Part shown: piece after piece, positions 1 through 9,566 of the stretch
Layout of the letters: each line of letters opens with the position of its first letter
How positions within the stretch are numbered: position 1 is the first letter of the stretch
Assembly (NCBI GenBank): GCA_029856155.1
Contig: JAHQWL010000085.1
Coordinates: forward strand, 1 to 64,000
Origin: Promethearchaeia archaeon
GTDB taxonomy: Archaea > Asgardarchaeota > Lokiarchaeia > Sigyniarchaeales > SOKP01
Direction: 5' to 3'
DNA: 64,000 nt
Notes under the pieces: model-generated
The model's database searches: none
What the model was told of the DNA's origin: nothing
Seen by the model: only the letters and a program-made list of their open reading frames with translations
Made by a program: the position numbers and the translations under genes

Positions 1-535
1 CAGTATATAAACCCGAACCAGAACCAGTGTATGAACCCGAACCAGAACCAGTGTATGAACCCGAACCAGAACCTGTATATGAGCCCGAACCAGAACCAGT
101 ATATGAACCCGAACCAGAACCAGTGTATGAACCCGAACCAGAACCAGTATATGAGCCCGAACCAGAACCAGTATATGAGCCGAACCAGAACCAGTGTATG
201 AGCCCGAACCAGAACCAGTGTATGAATCCGAACCAGAACCTATATATGAGCCCGAACCAGAACCATTGCATGAGCCCGAACCAGAACCAGTGTATGAATC
301 CGAACCAGAACCAGTATATGAGCCCGAACCAGAACCAGTATATGAGCCTGAACCAGTATATGAACCCGAACCAGAACCAGTATATGAACCCGAACCAGAA
401 CCTGTATATGAGCCTGAACCAGAACCTGTGTATGAGCCCGAACCAAAACCTGTATATGAATCCGAACCAGAACCCGTATATGAATCCGAACCAGAACCTA
501 TATATGAGCCCGAACCAGAACCTGTATATGAACCT
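1..535 (+). repeat. 24-bp coding tandem repeat (consensus GAACCCGAACCAGAACCAGTRTAT), roughly 20 or more copies
   Basis: Directly visible, with mostly synonymous variation between units and one shortened unit near 345-360. Confidence 0.95.
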
Positions 536-652
536 GGAAAAGTACCAGAATCTGAAATTAAGCCATTATATGAATCTCTTCCTGAAAAAAAACCAGAAGA
601 AGTCGAAGAAATTACGGAAAAGAAAAGTGAAAATGATTCTGAAGAAGAATAG
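3..652 (+). CDS. 3' part of a Pro/Glu-rich tandem-repeat protein ((EPEPEPVY)n then acidic tail); 5'-truncated by the window edge; apparent 1-nt frameshift near 180
   Basis: Frame 3 reads EPEPEPVY repeats to ~180, where GAGCCCGAA is GAGCCGAA. The same repeat continues in frame 2 to TAG at 650-652. Confidence 0.7.
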
Positions 653-809
653 GGATTGGATATTAATATTTTTTATAATTAAATTAAAATTGTAATTATT
701 TTTTTTCTTTTTCTGATATATACAAGAAGATTATGATTAAATTCTCATATTAGGAATATGTACTTCAATGTGAGAATATTTATATAGTTTAAAAATAAAT
801 TCTCTAATC

Positions 810-2879
810 ATGAATTCCATTAAAAATTTTTATAAAAAAGTTAATTCTGAGCTCGCGTTATTAACGGTGATGTTTTTATTCTTCTTCCAGTTAGTTGGTG
901 ATTTATTTGAATCGATATATGTGTTAGAACTTTTAGGGATGGCAATGGACGAAAAAGTACTTGGTTTATTATTTATACTAACACCAGTTATCATGTTGGT
1001 GTTTAGACGTAAGATTCCGAATTATTTCTATGAAGCTTTAGTTATAGGAACTATAATTACACGGCTAATATCTCCATTTTTAGATTCAGCTACTAAAATC
1101 ATAGTTTCAGGATTAGGAGTCGGATGTTTTATGCTATTTCTTCCTTCATATTACTCACGAGGAATAAAAAATAATAGCATAGAAAATGAGGAAAAGCTAA
1201 GTTTAAAGTTTGGTGCAGGGCTTGCTTCAGCTATTTTACTTTCAATTACCTTTAGAACGCTTAATTCTACAGCGGATATTTCAACCTATGGAGTATTCCA
1301 GATAATTGGATGGATTCTTGCAATAATCGTCATTCTAATAATAATTAATCAATTTAAAGAAAAACAAGGTAGCAAATCTATGAATAATCTAAATGAGGGT
1401 TCTCCTATATCTCAAGGAGAAGTAGGTTCAAAAAAAACGCAACGTTTTAAAGGGGTTAAACTACTTTCACTTGGGCTTTTTAGTGTTTTGACTCTCAATT
1501 ATTTTGCTTTTACTAGCCCAACTGTTATTTCAAGGTGGACAGAAGGAGATTATATAGCAATAACAATTGCTATAGCAGTGATGATTGCAATAACTATTTT
1601 CATATTAACATTTAAACCAAACGTTCTTAGTAAACTCAATTCACGCATACTTTGGATATGGAATGGTTTATTTGTACTTTCACTAGTTTTAACTATTGCT
1701 GTCCATACATTTCCATTTCCTGCTGGTCCTACTTCGAATCCAGTAATTATAAATCGACCAATCGGTTGGTACTATTATATACCATTAGTAATAATGATAG
1801 GATTATTACCGATAGTTTTTATTGATTTTACGCTTCTAAGTCGAAAACTTATTAATCAAAAACCAAATCCATCGAAGTTGGGAGCTGGTTTCGCTACTGG
1901 TGGTCTATTTTTCATGTTGATGTCGCTTATACTTATTTTTACGAATGTTTGGGGCTATGTAGATCCAGTAAGTGGGATTTTTCGAAACTTATTCTGGCTT
2001 CCTTTCTTATTAGTTGGTATAGCAATCCCTATTATGGGAAAAGCAATTTTTAAAGAAAGAATATTAGAATTCAAGTCAGTATTTACCAATGTACGGAATA
2101 AAAAAATTGTAGCTTCTTTCTTGGCATTATTATTAATTGGAACTAGCGTTTCAGCTTTAGTTTGGGAATTACGTCCTAAATTACAAGATACAAGCGGGAT
2201 AACCTCAATTACTGTAATGTCATATAATATACGACAAGGAGTAAATTTTTGGGGTGATGAAAATTTTGACAACCAATTAAATATTATAAAAGCTGTTAAT
2301 CCAGACATTATTGGTTTACAAGAATCTGACACAGCAAGAATTTCCTACAACAATTTAGATATTACACGTTACTTTGCTACTCAGTTGAATTATTATTGTT
2401 TTTATGGTCCAAGAACAGTAACAGGAACTTTTGGTGCAGCAGTCCTGTCTCGATTTCCTATTTTGAATGCCAAAACAATTTTTACATATAGTAATGTAGA
2501 TGAGATCGGTACCACTGAAGTTCAAATCAGAGTAGGAGCTACTATTTTTAATGTTTATGTAAACCACCCTGATGGAAATACTAATGCAAAAGCAGCACAT
2601 ATGCAAGCTTTATTGGATCGAATTAGCGGTAAAACTAATGTGATTTCTTTGGGTGATTTCAATTTTAGAAATGATACCATCTATTATAGTAATATAGTGA
2701 CAGAATTACAAGATACATGGGTAAATGCATCATTACGAGGCGTCGATGGTATGAGTTATGATTTAGCAGATCGAATCGATTACATTTTTGTATCTTCTAC
2801 TTTTACAGTATCGGAAACACGTTATATAAATAATTTAGAATCAGATCATCCCGCGGTATGGACAGAAATCCAGTTTTAA
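810..2879 (+). CDS. Multi-TM protein with C-terminal endonuclease/exonuclease/phosphatase (EEP) domain, CWH43/PGAP2IP-like
   Basis: About 450 aa hydrophobic N-terminus; EEP motifs SYNI, PDIIGLQESD, GDFN, RIDYIF, SDHPAV. Confidence 0.8.
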   Translation: MNSIKNFYKKVNSELALLTVMFLFFFQLVGDLFESIYVLELLGMAMDEKVLGLLFILTPVIMLVFRRKIPNYFYEALVIGTIITRLISPFLDSATKIIVSGLGVGCFMLFLPSYYSRGIKNNSIENEEKLSLKFGAGLASAILLSITFRTLNSTADISTYGVFQIIGWILAIIVILIIINQFKEKQGSKSMNNLNEGSPISQGEVGSKKTQRFKGVKLLSLGLFSVLTLNYFAFTSPTVISRWTEGDYIAITIAIAVMIAITIFILTFKPNVLSKLNSRILWIWNGLFVLSLVLTIAVHTFPFPAGPTSNPVIINRPIGWYYYIPLVIMIGLLPIVFIDFTLLSRKLINQKPNPSKLGAGFATGGLFFMLMSLILIFTNVWGYVDPVSGIFRNLFWLPFLLVGIAIPIMGKAIFKERILEFKSVFTNVRNKKIVASFLALLLIGTSVSALVWELRPKLQDTSGITSITVMSYNIRQGVNFWGDENFDNQLNIIKAVNPDIIGLQESDTARISYNNLDITRYFATQLNYYCFYGPRTVTGTFGAAVLSRFPILNAKTIFTYSNVDEIGTTEVQIRVGATIFNVYVNHPDGNTNAKAAHMQALLDRISGKTNVISLGDFNFRNDTIYYSNIVTELQDTWVNASLRGVDGMSYDLADRIDYIFVSSTFTVSETRYINNLESDHPAVWTEIQF

Positions 2880-3123
2880 CTCCTATTTTTTTTTTCTTTT
2901 AATTTAATCTTAAGATCTTTTACAATTTTATGCAACAGTGGATTACATTTTTTCTTAATTATGTCCCATAGTAGAAAATCAACTCTTTGTATTGTGTTTA
3001 ATGCGATAAATAGGAGTTCTTGATAAAAGAAGGCTATATCAAATTATTAAATTATTTAAACTATAGAATTTAAAATAAATCACCTAAAAGTGTATATAAT
3101 TAAATATTAAATCTGATAGAAAA

Positions 3124-4392
3124 ATGGAAAAAGAATCAAAGTTTGAATTTTCTTTCACTGAATTTGAACTCAAACTTAAAATTAAACCGTTTTATGCGCT
3201 ATTCTTCGACCTTGTAATACTAAGTTTATTTTTCTTTCAAGCTTTAAGGGCATACTTACCAGGTGTATATGTTGCAATGTCCCATGTTGTGTTCTATGAA
3301 AATATTATCGAAAATTTACTCATTTTGATAACATTAGTCTTTTTTGCATTGCCTGGTTTAACAAATACTATTTGTAAAAAAGTTGGTTTAAAGCGAGCGT
3401 TAATGCTTTCTATTTATTCAATCGCCGTTTGTAGGCTATTAATCGCATTTCATCTGCCTAATATCTGGCAGACAATCTTTTCTGGAATAATTATTGCATT
3501 TTATGGTGTTTTTATAAGTATATTTCTTACTCTTTGGGTTGATGATGAGAATTTTAAAATTAAATTAAATAATAAGATAATATTGGTAGTATTTTCCATC
3601 TTATGCGCATTAATTCTTGATTATTTAATAAGAACAATTGGTTTTTCACAAGATATATCATTATTACCTCCAGGATTATTAGCTGAATTTTGGTATATAA
3701 CTCAATATATTTGGTTATTTATTCAAATCCCGTTAACTGCGCTCTGCATTTATTTTACAAAAACTTATTTCCCAAGATTTGAAATTGCATCTAATTCAGA
3801 AGAAAAACATAAACCAGACAAAAAAAGTACACGTTATTCCTTAATTTTTGTAGGAATTGGGATGATTTGGTTTCTGTTATTTAATATTTTCTTATATCCA
3901 AATATAATTGCCCTTTATACTGCAACGAGTTATTATATTAATAATTTTTTAAGTATCATTGCCCTGATTGTCACAATTTTAATACTTTTATGTGTAAGAA
4001 GTGAACACCTCTCAAATATTAAGTTAGTAGTAATTTTAAACAGTATAATGATAGTATCCATTTGTTTGTTCTTATTTATTGGTAGAGTCATTACATATTT
4101 TGCATCTATTTTGGTCATGATTTCTTTGATTATCATGTATTTAGATTTTTTTTTACTCTTCAGTAAAATGTCTACTATTAACTTTAAGTGGGAAAAGGTT
4201 AAAACAATATCCAATGCTTTTGCAATAAGCCTTGTATTCTACATTCTATTTACAGTTCTTCATATTTTTACTACTGATTGGGCACAAATAATAGCAGCAT
4301 TTAAAGGATACGGACCTATTATCATACTCTTGGCTAGTATTTTATTAGTAGCGTCAACAATTATTTCATTAAGTTTAAATTATAGGAGGTGA
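3124..4392 (+). CDS. Multi-TM membrane protein, paralogous to the N-terminal part of 810..2879
   Basis: About 12 TM segments; LFFFQ and RT..x.DIS segments echo the upstream paralog. Confidence 0.75.
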   Translation: MEKESKFEFSFTEFELKLKIKPFYALFFDLVILSLFFFQALRAYLPGVYVAMSHVVFYENIIENLLILITLVFFALPGLTNTICKKVGLKRALMLSIYSIAVCRLLIAFHLPNIWQTIFSGIIIAFYGVFISIFLTLWVDDENFKIKLNNKIILVVFSILCALILDYLIRTIGFSQDISLLPPGLLAEFWYITQYIWLFIQIPLTALCIYFTKTYFPRFEIASNSEEKHKPDKKSTRYSLIFVGIGMIWFLLFNIFLYPNIIALYTATSYYINNFLSIIALIVTILILLCVRSEHLSNIKLVVILNSIMIVSICLFLFIGRVITYFASILVMISLIIMYLDFFLLFSKMSTINFKWEKVKTISNAFAISLVFYILFTVLHIFTTDWAQIIAAFKGYGPIIILLASILLVASTIISLSLNYRR

Positions 4393-4401
4393 AATGAAGA
4401 G

Positions 4402-5211
4402 ATGGATAAAAAATTTAAATATATTGTAGTTGGTCTTATAATCTCGCCATTGATTCTTTCTATAGTAACATTCGGTATTGGCGAATTTCAGAAAGAAGTT
4501 GCTCCTAAAAATGAATTGACCTTTATGACGTATAACCTTCATTTTGGGCAGGGAATGGATGATTTACTTAATTTAGAGCGAATTGCTCAGAATATATTAA
4601 TTGATGATCCTGATATAATTGGATTACAAGAAGTTAGAGCGGGGCGTATTACCTCTCAAGGCATAGATATGGCATTCTGGTTAGCAAAAAGGTTAGGGAT
4701 GCATTATTACTTCTATAATCCTATTAATAATCACCATGAAATGGGAAATGCCATATTGAGTAAATATCCAATAATATTAAAAAATGGTTATGAAATTCCA
4801 AGTATCCTCATGGAAAGGATTTTTCTGCATTGTATTGTCGAAATTAGTACAATTCTTACAATTGATGTATATTGTACTCATATCGGTATTAGAACTGAAA
4901 ATAAATCAGCTCAAGTCGATTTTCTTCTGCATAAAATAACGGAAATTGCTACATCTTCAAATCAAGTCTTAATGGGTGATTTCAATTTACTAAATAATAC
5001 AGCAGAAATAGGAAGAGTACTAACTTACTTTAATGATACTGCTGCTGAATTTGGTGCATATCCTCGGGCTCCAATTGATTATGTTTTCGCTACGGGATAT
5101 CAAGAGATTACTGATAGCTATGTAATTACAGATATGCTGCCGGGTGTTAACTTGCCAGCAGAATTTGGTTCAGATCATTTACCAGTAGTTTCTACTATAG
5201 TTTTTTCTTAA
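4402..5211 (+). CDS. Membrane-anchored EEP-family phosphodiesterase
   Basis: N-terminal TM; TYNLH, PDIIGLQEV, GDFN, IDYVF, SDHLPV; SD GGAGGTGA at 4385-4392. Confidence 0.85.
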   Translation: MDKKFKYIVVGLIISPLILSIVTFGIGEFQKEVAPKNELTFMTYNLHFGQGMDDLLNLERIAQNILIDDPDIIGLQEVRAGRITSQGIDMAFWLAKRLGMHYYFYNPINNHHEMGNAILSKYPIILKNGYEIPSILMERIFLHCIVEISTILTIDVYCTHIGIRTENKSAQVDFLLHKITEIATSSNQVLMGDFNLLNNTAEIGRVLTYFNDTAAEFGAYPRAPIDYVFATGYQEITDSYVITDMLPGVNLPAEFGSDHLPVVSTIVFS

Positions 5212-5229
5212 AAAGCCATTTATTAGCAG

Positions 5230-5736
5230 TTAATCTTCCCATATGTAAGTAGTCTCGCAACATTCATTGCCTTGCATTAAGGTTTTATTACGTACTAATT
5301 TAAGCTTAGGATGGAAGGCTTTCGCCATAGTATAATCAGGATAACAGCACATAGCATAACCAAGACCAGGTTCCTTAATTTCTAAAAAAATTTTTGCCCA
5401 AAGGCATTTTGTAAATTTGAATGTCAACTTATTAGGCGTATCTTCAGTAATAGTAAAATTAAGACAATGTTGCATGAATTCAGTACTCATTTGTTCTTTA
5501 TACATTTCTTTAAATTCTTCAAAACTTGTTATCGGCTTCTTATTTTTTAATAGTCTTTTGACTAAATCCTTACTTTTTCTTTTATAGAGTTCTTTAATTC
5601 TATCTAAAGCTTTCATTTGATCCATGATTGGAGTTAAAGCTCTTACCATTTCAGCAATTCCACTAAATCTTGTCCTAAAATAATCTTCATAAGAAATTTC
5701 AATTTTTTCTTTAGATTTTACATCAATATCTGGCAT
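5230..5736 (-). CDS. L-2-amino-thiazoline-4-carboxylate hydrolase-family (V4R-like) protein
   Basis: C-L-W-A...G-Y-x-x-C-C-x-x-D...R-x-K-T-L-M-Q-G-x-x-C-C pattern. Confidence 0.75.
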   Translation of the reverse strand: MPDIDVKSKEKIEISYEDYFRTRFSGIAEMVRALTPIMDQMKALDRIKELYKRKSKDLVKRLLKNKKPITSFEEFKEMYKEQMSTEFMQHCLNFTITEDTPNKLTFKFTKCLWAKIFLEIKEPGLGYAMCCYPDYTMAKAFHPKLKLVRNKTLMQGNECCETTYIWED

Positions 5737-5907
5737 AATATTTGGCTCAATTTATTCTATATTTTTCTTATAACATCTTCCCACTTATATTTTTGGATCA
5801 TTCATTAATCATAAAATGAGAATTAAACTTTTTTATAATAGTTGAATTAAATGTTTTATACAAGTACTTATTTAATTTAAAAATAAATAAAAAATTGAGT
5901 TATTAAA

Positions 5908-8643
5908 ATGCATAGTTCAGAGAAAAAGAATATCATGAAATTAGCTACTGTAATTACATTAACTATAGTAGTCTTAACAATATTTTCAGTTCCACTAATA
6001 AGTATTATAGCCCCACTGGGCAATATTATTCTCCCAGGATCAGGATTATGGAATGTTCCAGGGGAAGTCCCCCAACAAGAGACAATTTATGCTCCAGGAT
6101 TGAATAGTTCAGTTACTATTTATCGTGATGAATGGGGAATCCCTCACATTTATGCTTCTTATGAAAATGATATGAGTTTTGCGTTAGGATATGTTCATGC
6201 TCAAGATAGACTATTCCAAATGGATTTAGCACGGCGACAAGTAAGAGGTAAACTATCTGAAGTGATAGGGGAATTAGCTTTAGAAGAGGATAAATTTAAT
6301 CTTGCGATGGGGATGGAATATTGGGCAAATCAAACTCTTCAGTATGCAATTAGAATGCAAGAACAAGGGGAGATTAATTTCTTAGATGCTGTTTATAGCT
6401 ATGCGGATGGTGTAAATTACTATATCAATACGCATCAAAATGAGTTACCTATTGAATATGCAATACTAGGATTCAAACCTGCACAATGGACTCCATTAGA
6501 TACATTTTGTTTTTCAAAATACATGAGTAAAATGCTTACATGGGATTATAATGACTTATATAGGTTACAAACTTTGGATGCTATCGGAGTGGCAAATACT
6601 ACAGAATTATTTATGTCAACCTATGGTCAAATACCTATATGTCCAAATTATGGCAATTTTAATGACAGTTCAGAACTCTCTTACGATGGTGGTCCTTTAA
6701 AGATAAGTTCAAGTGTTCTCCAAACAATTTCGAGCTTTTTAAGTAATATCGAGAATCTCCCAGCAGAAAAAGCTCTTGTGGATGCTCAAGCGGAAAACAG
6801 TATTGGATCTAATAATTGGGTAGTTGATGGCGTAAAAAGTAGCACTGGAATGCCAATATTATGTAATGATATGCATTTAGCATGGAATATGCCAGGAATA
6901 TGGTATGAAGCGCATTTAGTGGATGAAAGTACTGGTTTAAGTACGTATGGATTTACACTTGCTGGCGTGAATATTCCAATAGTTGGACATAATGATTATG
7001 TAGCATGGGGCATTACTAATACTTTTTATGATGTTATGGACTGGTATTTCTATGAAGAGATGGATTCTAACCATTATATATATAATGGTACTCTCACGGA
7101 ATATACTACAAGAACCTATAAAATTAAAGTTAAAGATCAAGGAACTCAAGAATTCATTGTTAAAGAAACGGTACATGGACCTGTTCTAAACAATTTTCTA
7201 GGTGGAAGTATGCCCGATTCGTTAGATACAGGACAAATAGTATTAGCACCTAAATGGACAGGAAACAATATAACCACTGAAATGCTAGCGTTATACGGAT
7301 GGAATCATGCTCAAAACAGAGCTCAATTTGATGAAGCCTCTGCTTATTTCCAAAGTCCTTCTTCGAATCTTGTTTATGCTGATGTACATGGAACCATCGC
7401 TATTAGACCTACAGGATTAGTACCTATAAGAGATGACAATTTAATTGAACCTTGGCATTTTGGGAATGGAACGTTACCATATAATGGATCGAAGGGTGAA
7501 GGAGAATGGGTCGGATATGTTCCATTTGAAGAATTACCAAATACTGAAAATTCATCTCAACATTACTTAGCATCAGCAAACCAAATAGTTGCTGGTCCAG
7601 ACTATAAAAAGTATGCACTCCAAAACGGTTATGCAGCGGGATATCGAGCAAGAAGAATTAATGAATTACTTAATAATTCAGCAGATGGAACAGTAGGTAT
7701 AGAAAAAATGAAGGAAATACAGCTTGATATTAAATCTACTCCAGCGAGAGCATTCATACCATATCTCATTAATGCAACTGAGGACTTACCTATTTCTCAA
7801 AAAACGCCCGTAGTCTTAGACATTTTGACCCAATTAAAGAATTGGGACTTTGACATGGATAAAAATTTAGCCGCACCAACTATTTATCGCAAATGGAGAG
7901 ATTTTTATAAGGATTATACTTTTGATGATGAGCTTGGAGCCGCTGGAGCGCCATTACGACCTCAAGAGAATGTTTTAGAAAAATTAACACGAGAGGAGCC
8001 AAACTCTAAGTGGTTTGATGACATTGAAACAGTACTGATTGAAAATAGAACCCACATAATTATTAAGGCTTTAAATTCTACAATCGATTTCCTTTTAGAC
8101 TTTTTTGAGACGGATGAAGTAAATACTTGGAGATGGGGCGAGATGCATAAACTTGTTTTTCCTCATATTGTTCCCGCTTTTGAATCCTTAAATAGAGGTC
8201 CATATGAAGGAGATGGGGAAAGTTACACTGTTAATCCTGCAGGAGCCAGTATAAGAAGGGGAGTAGGTTATGCTCGGGGTGGTGCTTCGGAAAGATGGAT
8301 AGTTGATTTTAGTGATTTGGGAAATTCTTTAAGTGTAATCCCCTCTGGGCAAAGAGCAGTCTCAAATTCTAAACATTATTCTGATCAATTAGAGGAATTG
8401 TTTTTACAAGGTAAATATCATCGACAATACTTTTACAAAAATAAAGCAGATTATCCAAAAAATCACATTGAATCTCAGATTACATTCATCGCAGGAGAAG
8501 ATCCTTTATATATTATTGGATTAGCAACTGGAATAATTGTCGGATGCTCAGTTGGTGTTGTTGTAGTTATTGGTGGATGGTATAAAAGGGACTTAATTCG
8601 TTCAAAATTTAAAAAATTAAAAAGGAGATCTAAAGGTGAATAG
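5908..8643 (+). CDS. Penicillin acylase family (peptidase S45) Ntn amidohydrolase, membrane anchored at both ends
   Basis: RDEWGIPHIYA, GYVHAQDRLFQMD, nucleophile site GSNNW, ND.HL, HGP; N- and C-terminal TMs. Confidence 0.92.
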   Translation: MHSSEKKNIMKLATVITLTIVVLTIFSVPLISIIAPLGNIILPGSGLWNVPGEVPQQETIYAPGLNSSVTIYRDEWGIPHIYASYENDMSFALGYVHAQDRLFQMDLARRQVRGKLSEVIGELALEEDKFNLAMGMEYWANQTLQYAIRMQEQGEINFLDAVYSYADGVNYYINTHQNELPIEYAILGFKPAQWTPLDTFCFSKYMSKMLTWDYNDLYRLQTLDAIGVANTTELFMSTYGQIPICPNYGNFNDSSELSYDGGPLKISSSVLQTISSFLSNIENLPAEKALVDAQAENSIGSNNWVVDGVKSSTGMPILCNDMHLAWNMPGIWYEAHLVDESTGLSTYGFTLAGVNIPIVGHNDYVAWGITNTFYDVMDWYFYEEMDSNHYIYNGTLTEYTTRTYKIKVKDQGTQEFIVKETVHGPVLNNFLGGSMPDSLDTGQIVLAPKWTGNNITTEMLALYGWNHAQNRAQFDEASAYFQSPSSNLVYADVHGTIAIRPTGLVPIRDDNLIEPWHFGNGTLPYNGSKGEGEWVGYVPFEELPNTENSSQHYLASANQIVAGPDYKKYALQNGYAAGYRARRINELLNNSADGTVGIEKMKEIQLDIKSTPARAFIPYLINATEDLPISQKTPVVLDILTQLKNWDFDMDKNLAAPTIYRKWRDFYKDYTFDDELGAAGAPLRPQENVLEKLTREEPNSKWFDDIETVLIENRTHIIIKALNSTIDFLLDFFETDEVNTWRWGEMHKLVFPHIVPAFESLNRGPYEGDGESYTVNPAGASIRRGVGYARGGASERWIVDFSDLGNSLSVIPSGQRAVSNSKHYSDQLEELFLQGKYHRQYFYKNKADYPKNHIESQITFIAGEDPLYIIGLATGIIVGCSVGVVVVIGGWYKRDLIRSKFKKLKRRSKGE

Positions 8644-9103
8644 AATGAAACTTAAAAAAATTAAAGTTAAAGTTGAACCTGAAACAAGAAACTTTCTAAT
8701 TTCGTTTGTACTTACTGCAATAATAACATTTATTCTAACTTATGTTCCGATATGGCAATTGATCATAATTCCTGGTATTATCGGAGGGCTTTTTAATAAA
8801 ACAATGAGGCGTGGAATATATAGTGCTGCTCTTGGTGTTTCAATTGTATGGATTTTTTACATGGTTTATAAAATGGCAGAATTTAATGCTTTTACAAATT
8901 TAGATCAGTTTGCTTTTTTAATCTTTGGTGATTTAGGATATGGTTGGGTCATTTTTATTTTAATATTATTAATTGGGATTTTGCTTGGAGCATTAGGAGG
9001 AGCAATAGGGAGTGGAATTATGATATTGATAGGACCAAAACTATTACCTAAATATTTTGAGTCAAATAATTCTACTGCTAACGATAAAAATCTAAAATCA
9101 TAA
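8636..9103 (+). CDS. Small Gly-rich membrane protein, translationally coupled to the acylase
   Basis: 3-4 TMs, GALGGAIG; overlaps the upstream stop. Confidence 0.65.
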   Translation: MNRMKLKKIKVKVEPETRNFLISFVLTAIITFILTYVPIWQLIIIPGIIGGLFNKTMRRGIYSAALGVSIVWIFYMVYKMAEFNAFTNLDQFAFLIFGDLGYGWVIFILILLIGILLGALGGAIGSGIMILIGPKLLPKYFESNNSTANDKNLKS

Positions 9104-9208
9104 GTTTATTTTTTTTTTTCTCTATTTTATACTTATTTTTATAAGCAAAAATTATGAATTAAATTATAGAGAGTAAAATAAGAATATTAAAAGGGGAAAA
9201 ATAGTAGA

Positions 9209-9544
9209 ATGGAGGATGAAATTAAAAAAATTGATGAAGGCGCCAAAAAGAAAGAAACTTATATCAGAGATAGAACCGATAAGGAGTATGCTTCTAAAAT
9301 CGATGAAATCGAATTAAAATTAGGCCCTATTCGCGATGAATTCAAAGCGGTTGAAAAAAACCTCGATGAGTTGAATTTAAAGATCAAAGAATTAAAAAAG
9401 AGAAAAAGTGAATTGATTATTGCTGCACAACCGTTAATGAAAGATTTAAAACATGTGAATAAAGAAAAAGCAAGATATTTAGACAAGGAATTAAGGTTAA
9501 TCATTAAAGAAAAAAATATTAAAATGAAGGCTGTCAAGAAATAA
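9209..9544 (+). CDS. Hypothetical coiled-coil protein
   Basis: K/E-rich heptads; purine-rich SD-like leader. Confidence 0.6.
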   Translation: MEDEIKKIDEGAKKKETYIRDRTDKEYASKIDEIELKLGPIRDEFKAVEKNLDELNLKIKELKKRKSELIIAAQPLMKDLKHVNKEKARYLDKELRLIIKEKNIKMKAVKK

Positions 9545-9566
9545 AGATTGATAGAAAAAATAGAAT

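Noticed and set aside
27-695. 222-aa ORF with (MNPNQNQY)n as a real protein, and the 24-bp repeat as a CRISPR array
   Set aside because: The ORF is a chimera across the 1-nt slip, and codon-position variation favours the EPEPEPVY frame. The repeats are contiguous with no unique spacers and there are no cas genes.
4390-4392. Selenocysteine codon
   Set aside because: The position is a non-catalytic linker with no Cys at the equivalent paralog site and no evident SECIS. The TGA is explained by the SD of the next gene.
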